Positions 51,576 to 64,000 of a DNA stretch of 64,000 nucleotides are shown one piece after another. The stretch is taken from NCBI RefSeq assembly GCF_009914755.1, contig NC_060929.1. One strand, written 5' to 3'. Both the position numbers and the translations under genes were made by a program. The stretch is from the human T2T-CHM13v2.0 reference genome, Homo sapiens. The notes below the pieces were generated by a model. That model ran no database searches, was not told the DNA's origin, and worked only from the letters and a program-made list of their open reading frames with translations. The first letter of the stretch is position 1. Every line of letters starts with the position of its first letter.

Positions 51576-52167
51576 AATATAGAAAAACACAGTAAACATC
51601 CACAATAAAACTAGATACAAAGGTATCCCCACAAACTCCAAAATATACAAGTGTGTGGGGGAAATGCCACCACCACCACCAAGACCAATTTGAAATCACC
51701 ATCTGTACAAGAGAAGTAGAAGGAAGCAACACAGCATGTGATGGCCCCATGACCTCGCAAAATCACCAGGAAAGCTCAGTGGACCAGCAGGACAGCAGCA
51801 GCTGGGCGTGGAAGAGTTTTCATCTTCTCCTAGTGGGCAAGTGTGTGAAGTCCATGATGAAGGAGGAAAGGGCTGATGCGGGCTATGAACTCTCAAAACC
51901 CCATGCTAAGGAGAAACTATGGGAAATAGAATCCAAACTGAGCAGGACAAGAGCAAGGATAAAAAATAAGATTCAGTTAAAAGTATATGAGGGGAGCAGA
52001 TACAGGTCTTTTCACTCCACAAAACAGAAGAGGGAGAGGCTAAAGTTAAGCTACTCCAACTCAAGTCTTTCTCTTCTAAAAGAACAGGAAAGGCAATTTC
52101 ATGTAAGAAGGAGTAACAGCAGATAATCTTGGGTTAGATCCCATACAAAGTAGTTATAAGAAAAAAG

Positions 52168-56682
<4,515 letters not shown>

Positions 56683-57674
56683 AATTATTAAAATATCACA
56701 TTGCAACCCCAATAAATAAGAATTGAAAAGCAAGGCTGCTAACATCACAAAAGGAAAATATGAGACATTATGTGCCTCCTGGTGGAAGCATACACCACCA
56801 CTGATTAGTGTTGCCTACACAAACAAACCTGAATCTAAGCTTCTAGAGCCAATTACCAATTCTTGGGAAATGCAGTGTAGAAGTCAAACACCTTAAATCA
56901 CACCTTGTGGAAACCATCAACAAAATCCAAACCTTGGAAAACTCTGCAGGACAAATGATCCAATTTCATCAACAAATATTTTGCAAAGGAAAAACAAGAG
57001 AGAGATGGGGGAAGAACCTACAGATTCAAAAAAAACTTAAAAGACATATCAAATGAAACAAAACAATACAATTAAAGATTCACACTGGGTCAGGACAGTA
57101 CTTACTCTTATGAAGACTGTAATTGGGAGAAAGACTTGAACAGCTTCAGGGTATAGCTGGCAAGGTTCTATCTCCTGACCTGGGTAATGGCTGTAAACAT
57201 GGGTGCCTTAAATTAATTAATGTAAATATTTGAGATTTTCCATTTATATTTTAATCATAAAAACTTTTAATGAAATGCTTATATACATATTCTTAACCTA
57301 GACATTTCGACTTTTTCCATTTTTAAATTTGATCATACCCTCCCAAAGTTAATATATATCAAATCTGACCACCAGACATCTCTTTAGAAGAAGGATCTCC
57401 ACAAATTGCATGCTCAAGCACTGCACCTTACACTTTTCTGAATGTTAAAGAAAGCAAAAGCAAAACTTACCATCTGCCAGCTCCCAAGACTGGGAAAACA
57501 ACTGCATCATAGGCTTAAGTCCTCGTGAATCAGTACATAAAAAGATCAATGCCCTTCAGAAAAATGAATAAAGAACACGAACAGGTAATTCACAGGAAAA
57601 ATACAAATTACCAAAAGGCAGTAAATGATAACCCCTCAATAATGAACATAGACTAGGAGTGATGATATCCTCCA

Positions 57675-57980
57675 CAGAGGGGTCCCCAACCCCCAGGCCA
57701 CGGACCAGTAATGGTGGTCTGTTAAGAACCAAGCCACACAGCAGAAGGTGAGCAGCAGGCAAGCGAGCAATACCACCTGAGCTCCACCTCCTGTCAGATC
57801 AGCAGCCACATTAGATTCTCATAGGAACTCGAACCCTATTGTGCACCTAATCTAACTAATGCTTGATGATCTGAGGTGGAACAGTTTCATCCTGAAACCA
57901 CCCCCCAAACCCCAGGTCCATGGAAAAACTGTCTGCCACAAAACTGGTCCCTGATGCCAAAAAGGTTGGCGACCACTGCT
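57675..57980. mobile_element. MER1B-like hAT-Charlie element
   Basis: ggggtccccaacccccaggccacggaccagta...tagattctcatagga...aaaaaggttggcgaccactg. Confidence 0.88.
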
Positions 57981-60044
57981 CTGCAGTATTGGCTAGGGTA
58001 TAGGAAAACCAGCATTCACCTTACTGTCAGAAGTGTAAGTTACCATAAAGCTTAGAAATCAATTTGGCTTTATCTTTTACATTTTCAAGGTATATTATTT
58101 GAGCAAATCCATTTCTATTAAATCCTTCTAGAGAAATGAGAAATAAAGACATAAAAAAGTATGCTACAATAGTGTAATAATGTAAAATATGAGAATCATC
58201 TAAATGTCCATTAATGGGAGATTTAACTAAGCTATACAACAAAGCCATTCAAAAGAATGATGTGTACTTACCCTGAAATCTCTCCACAACATAAAGTTGT
58301 GCAAAAAGTGCAAAAAGTAAAATGCACATCAGTGTATAAGGTAGCCACACTACACCAATTGTTCTATCAGGAGTAAATATCTATATAATTCTGGGCTGAG
58401 AAAGTATGACTACCGGCTTAACTAAACCATGTTACCGTCCATACCCCTTTGAAGGATAGCCCGCAAGGTCATGAATATTAATACCACCACTTTACTGATG
58501 CTGTTACAGAATATATGACATTTGTGCAGAATTTACAACAGTCAAGCATATCATCCTGGGACCCAATGGGCTGAGATGAATTGGAACTACCTCAGTTTGT
58601 CAGTCATCTTAATCTGGACAAAAGTGAAATGGAGCAGTATTATCTCACAATATATAAGTTAATACAAGATAGAGAAGCCACAGAGTTGGAAATTAAACTT
58701 CATAAATACCTCACATAAACTTGCAACTGCTGGGTGGGAGTAGCCACACCTGGCAGCCATGGGCCCTTGACAGTATCAGGCTAGGTGTCACTACTTACTG
58801 GTCGGTCCCATGTGTCACTGAACCATTCAGGCCCTAGCCCCTTTCTCTTTCTTTTGGGAGATAACCAAATTCAACGGTTTACTACACTTAGAAAGAGTAT
58901 TGTACCTATCTGTTCACAAACAGTAAGAACGGCTGAGTGGTGGAACGAGTCAGAGATCATTGGTCAACCTTGCTTCAGGAGGCCAGGGACTTTCCTGGTC
59001 ATTAGACAATTCTGCTTTGAGAACACACAGAACTGGTCAACTTTTTCATCCCCAAAAGATAATTTATGCAAGTTATACCAAGATATTAGAATAGAGATGT
59101 TCTTTAATCTTTTTATTTTGCAATGCCATGAGAGTATTTTGCATGCCTATTCTGTCTCTGTCAGGGAAAGGAAGTGCCCAATTAAGAAAGAAACAATTGT
59201 AGCTGAATGCCATCACTGTTCCTCAATCGCCTTAGCATTAAAAGCTCGAACAGTTAGTAGATAATGTGACACTGAGCGAATTCTCCTCTGAGATTGTTCT
59301 TCACAAAGTGAAGATAGTAACTGGAATTTGGGGAGGTAAAAATGAGATATAAAATAGCATGCGCTTAGTAAGCTTCTGTTAGTACATTGTACCAATCAGG
59401 TTATTTTAAGGAACACTCAGCCAATTACAAAACATATGAAGCCACCAAAAAAGAAACAGCAACTACTACTTCTCTACACAATAGATATCTATGTAAAGGC
59501 TTTTAATCAAAGTGGCATAAACCCGTGGAAGTACTGCTCTTAACACAGACAATACTTATTTCCATGGAGTCACATCATTCCTGCTTTCAAGAGGACTGAA
59601 AGCAACAATATTCCATAGGACAAAGAGTTCTTGATAACACCACTACAACCCCCCCGAGATTTTACTACTCTTCTCCTCCTCTGGAAATAGAAACACACTG
59701 AAGCTGGGGCCGCACACAGGTAGAGCTAAGTGTGCACTCTGGTCTAATGCAAACACTGACAGAAGTTCAGGTGAGGTCCTTTTCCCCCTTGCTTGGGAAT
59801 ACTGATGCTGCTGATGAAGTGAATACCTCAGAAATCTATTACCTCACCTCTAACATCTTCTCAAGTGAAAAACAGGAACTTTTCACTCGATAAGAAATTC
59901 CAGTATACTGGTATCAGTTTCCCAATATCTACTTTATGGGAAGACACTTTAATAGTTCCTACATGTAGTTACCACCAGCAGTATCATTTTTGAAGGTAAA
60001 GAAGGTTACTCCAATGGATAGAAAAATCTGTCTTTTTTCCATGC

Positions 60045-60235
60045 ATTAAAACTGGGGCCTTGACCAGCCCCGTTTTTGCAAATAAAGTTTTATTGGAACA
60101 CAGTCTAACCTATTTATTTGTATTATCTATAACAGTTTTCATTCAGTAAAGTTCAGTAGTTGCAACTGACACAGCTGGCGGCTCACAAAGCCTAAAATAT
60201 CTACTATCTGGCCCTTTAAGAAACCCAAGCCCTGC
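60045..60235. mobile_element. MER58A-like hAT-Charlie element
   Basis: gtttttgcaaataaagttttattggaacacag...gcctaaaatatctactatctggcccttta. Confidence 0.8.
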
Positions 60236-60324
60236 ATTAAAATATTACAATGCTACAGTAAGTAACATTTCATTTGAAAGAAAACTAAATGAGAATACAA
60301 AAACACAAATGACATGCTTGCTCT

Positions 60325-61822
60325 GATTCAGGCACTTTCAAGATCATTGTTTATTTATTACTTCAGATAAAAAGATAGTATACATATTAGGGAATCCCTT
60401 AAAATTCAACTCTAGAGTTATACACCATCTAGTACTTTTGCAATGAATGTTAACAACAACAAAAAAAATCTCTAAACACCTGAAAGCCCCACTATTAACA
60501 TGGACTATGGTAATAAAAAATTTTGACATTTAATTTGTTCAACATATAGTATTTACATTATGAAACCAATGGTGATGATACAATAAAGTGATAAAGAAAT
60601 AGTAAAAATAAACTTTAAAAAGCAAAGGTTTATAGTCTGACAATGCTAATTATCCTAATTGTATATAAAAAATTAAAACATAGAGCTTTCTGTTACAAAA
60701 TTCTTAATCCTCTGGGTTGTAATCATTACTTGCTACCAATTTACATGCAACATCTGCTAGGACTGACATTTGATTTTTTTCCCCAAGAATGTGTGAGTAG
60801 ATAAATGACATTTCAGAGCAGATATTAATTTACTTGTGGACAGAAAAAGAAACTCAAGATTGGTACTGGTCACAAGCCTCTTCCCAATAGAAATTATAAA
60901 AACAGTAAGATAAAATTTAAAAAAAATCTAAAAAGGGGATGCATAGGCAAAGAGTACCATAAATGGCACAGCTCAAAAAATCCCAGGACCAATCAGACAC
61001 ACATCTTTTCTCTCTCCTTCAGCGACAAGAGGTCGATTTTGCCATCAAATAACCATGATTGAAGCAAGCGAGGGGCACCAGGTGTACAACTGATTAGATC
61101 TTGCAAAATACTAAGATGGGAGCAGGGGTGGCCAGAAGAAGGGGTAATTTATATATAATTCAAACTATATACAGCATAAATGGAATGCAGCCCATCCCAA
61201 ACTGGCTCTGTGAAACAATTGGACCTTTATAGTTAAAATTATAACAAGTGTAATAATACAATAGATTTACATGGGAAGCAAAATCCAAGGGACATTTTAT
61301 ATTAAGTATTTACTGTGCTGTTTCAATTTAAAAATAATTTTGCTAAGTATACATCTCAACTGAAGTCTATGTAAAAAATGTCCTAATAGATACAGATATT
61401 TACCTTTGGTGAGTTGAAGGCCTTTTTGTGACTTCTGTCTGAACTGTAGGCAGAATGCTAGATGTACATGCACATATGGAGAAACTCAAGCTGAGGTCAT
61501 CCAAAAGCTGTGCGTATGAGGAGGCTGGAGGTACTTTGAAAGTCAAAGTAGACCAGAAACCCAAAACAGGTAACAGTGAGGATGGCAACAGGGAATGGAA
61601 TGCCAATATGGCAGTAAAACTTTTTTTAAAAACAGAAAGAGGAAGGCCTCTCGTACCAGCAGAATCCTGTACACGTACAAAAAAGAAAAAGCCACCCACC
61701 ATTTTGTAAAACAGAAGCCAATTATAGTGTGGGAAAGTACAAATTACAGAAAACCAGAAGTCAACAGAAGAAAAACTACTGGTTTACTTGAGAGAAAGGA
61801 GAATGGTTCACCCCGAGCAGAG
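60325..61822 (-). other. GOLPH3: GOLPH3 3'UTR (~1.5 kb)
   Basis: U-rich on the - strand, no Alu, ends after overlapping AATAAA hexamers; end point inferred. Confidence 0.8.
60350..60359 (-). terminator. GOLPH3: GOLPH3 polyadenylation signal (overlapping AATAAATAAA)
   Basis: + strand tttatttatt; followed on the - strand by a GT/T-rich tract (tttgtgtttttgtattc). Confidence 0.85.
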
Positions 61823-62284
<462 letters not shown>

Positions 62285-63099
62285 TTATCTGCTAATTTTG
62301 CAAAAATTTTGTACTATTAAACAGTAAAATCTGATTTTGCCCCAAGAAAAACAGAAGAAAATCTGCCATGTTTTTCTCCCTAACTAGACCATGAACCCCT
62401 TAAGCCTAGCCAGACCTTTGGATTCTAAGCACCCAGCACATCCTCAGCCACAGGAGTCACTCAGACGACTAAACTGCAAGCAGTCTTCAGACCAGAGTCA
62501 GTAACCCTTAGTCTTATGTGGAAATGAGCCAAATATTATGTTTGAGCTTCCTTCCAGCTGAAGTCAAAAAGCAGCCAATAGCCAAATAAGTTTTCTATTA
62601 AACACCAGTCTGCAACTAATAGACTAAAAAAAAAAGCTTCCTGATTAATATGTTATTCCTGAAACTGCTACACATATACAGCCTATAGAGGTAGGAAAGC
62701 CTGTTTAGGCCATGCTATTATTTGATAACAATATAAAGCTAATTCTGGAAGGATACAAATTTTCACAATTTTAACCTTGCCATCCATACATATTTCCTTT
62801 TGAGAGAGAAATATTTAAAATAAAACCAAACGATTTTTCACTAAAGTGGGTTCTTCTTTATAGAAAACTGGAAGGAAATACACCAAAATATTAATCTTAC
62901 TTATCTTTGGGATTATGTGTGCTCAACTTTTTTTGTGCTTTCTGCATTTTCCAAATGATCTCCAATGAACATGCAACTATTTTTATACTTAAAAAAACTA
63001 TATTTTTCTAAATTAGAATATGTTAAAGATCAACCACAGGCATCTTTTTTAAATGCAAACGTTGTAAGGTCGAGATTTTCTAATACTGAGAGAAAACCT

Positions 63100-63280
63100 T
63101 CAGCCACACTGTCCATTACAGGAGCCATTACCCACATAGAGCTATTTAAATTAATTTAAAAATTCATCTCTTCAGTGGCACTAGCCACATTTCACGTATA
63201 CAATAGTGACGTATGGCCAGTGGCTACACCCCACAGGAACAGAACATTTTCATCATCAAAGAAAGTTCTAGCGGACTATC
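63100..63280. mobile_element. MER3/MER33-like element in the GOLPH3 intron
   Basis: aaaattcatctcttcagtggcactagccacatttca...gtggctac...agaacattttcatcatcaaagaaagttcta. Confidence 0.7.
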
Positions 63281-64000
63281 TTAAAATTTTAAGTTGCTGT
63301 CTTAAAATATATTACCATTCAACTGGACAGAGACACAATTATTTTCCTATACTTAATACTAAACAACATAGGCCTATGATGAAGTAATCATTCCTAAAGC
63401 TGCCCTCTCATTGTAATTAGAAATCTCCATAAAATATACGAAAAAACTGTTTTCAGACACTAGTCAAAAGCAGCCCAGAACTGTGACACTTGAGTGCAGC
63501 CTATGTGAGCCTGACAACTGCCTAAGCTTACCACCTAGAGGCACGTCCCAGGCAGCAGAGCAGGCAGGAAGAACCCAAGCAGAGCACAGCAGTCCCATCA
63601 CGTTAAGGCAGCAGAGATCAGAGTTCAGGGTAGCTAAGGCAGCTGCAGTGTGCAAAGCAGACTACTGGAGAAGGGGGACCTACACAGATAAAGAGGTCTA
63701 GAAATCTGCAAGGTGTTCCTTGAGTCTTGGGCTGAAAGCTAAAGCTACATGTGTTAGGGTGAGAAATTCCACAAAGCTAGGCAAAGAACACCTACCAGAA
63801 AGTGAACAATTCTAAGAGTTCAGTAGAGCTGGGAAAAATGTGATTGCCAACTAGCCAGAGAGCAAAAGCCTCACTAAAAACCAGGACATTCAGAAGGAAT
63901 ACTAGAAAATTCACATCTTAGTAGTAGGGCTAAACCAGTCCTAGAGTATAGACCACCCTAGACATGCCCTAATAAAGATTAAAAGCGGCCAGGCGCGGTG

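Noticed and set aside
51653-52126. 157-aa ORF
   Set aside because: Lies in probable degraded L1/HAL1 5' sequence, has a non-ATG start and no coding signature
58785-59264. 159-aa intergenic ORF
   Set aside because: GTG start, no recognisable family and no exon structure; the length is attainable by chance

Overview
Human-type (primate) genomic DNA, very rich in Alu elements (roughly 50 copies). It holds the 3' ends of two convergent genes. On the + strand are the last 11 coding exons of PDZD2. These splice GT-AG in one continuous frame (6069 nt, 2022 aa plus stop) and include a 35-nt microexon, a 4045-nt giant exon, the two C-terminal IL-16-like PDZ domains and a ~2.8 kb 3'UTR ending near 46545. 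On the - strand is the terminal exon of GOLPH3 (CDS 62247-61823, 3'UTR to ~60325). About 13.8 kb of repeat-rich DNA separates the two poly(A) ends. Most ORFs in the supplied track are Alu-derived or shadow frames. I see no new multi-gene system. The best lead is a 102-nt stop-free, frame-preserving exon-like segment (36474-36575) between the last two PDZ domains, which the ORF track misses. It lies just behind a beta-globin-like CATAAAA box, so it could be a cassette exon or the first exon of a 128-aa single-PDZ isoform. Other leads are a 74-bp local templated duplication, a fused inverted-Alu hairpin, an intronic AP-1 cluster and LD-like helices in the giant exon. Gene identities are from recognition of the translated sequence, not a database search. 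Repeat boundaries and subfamily names are approximate.
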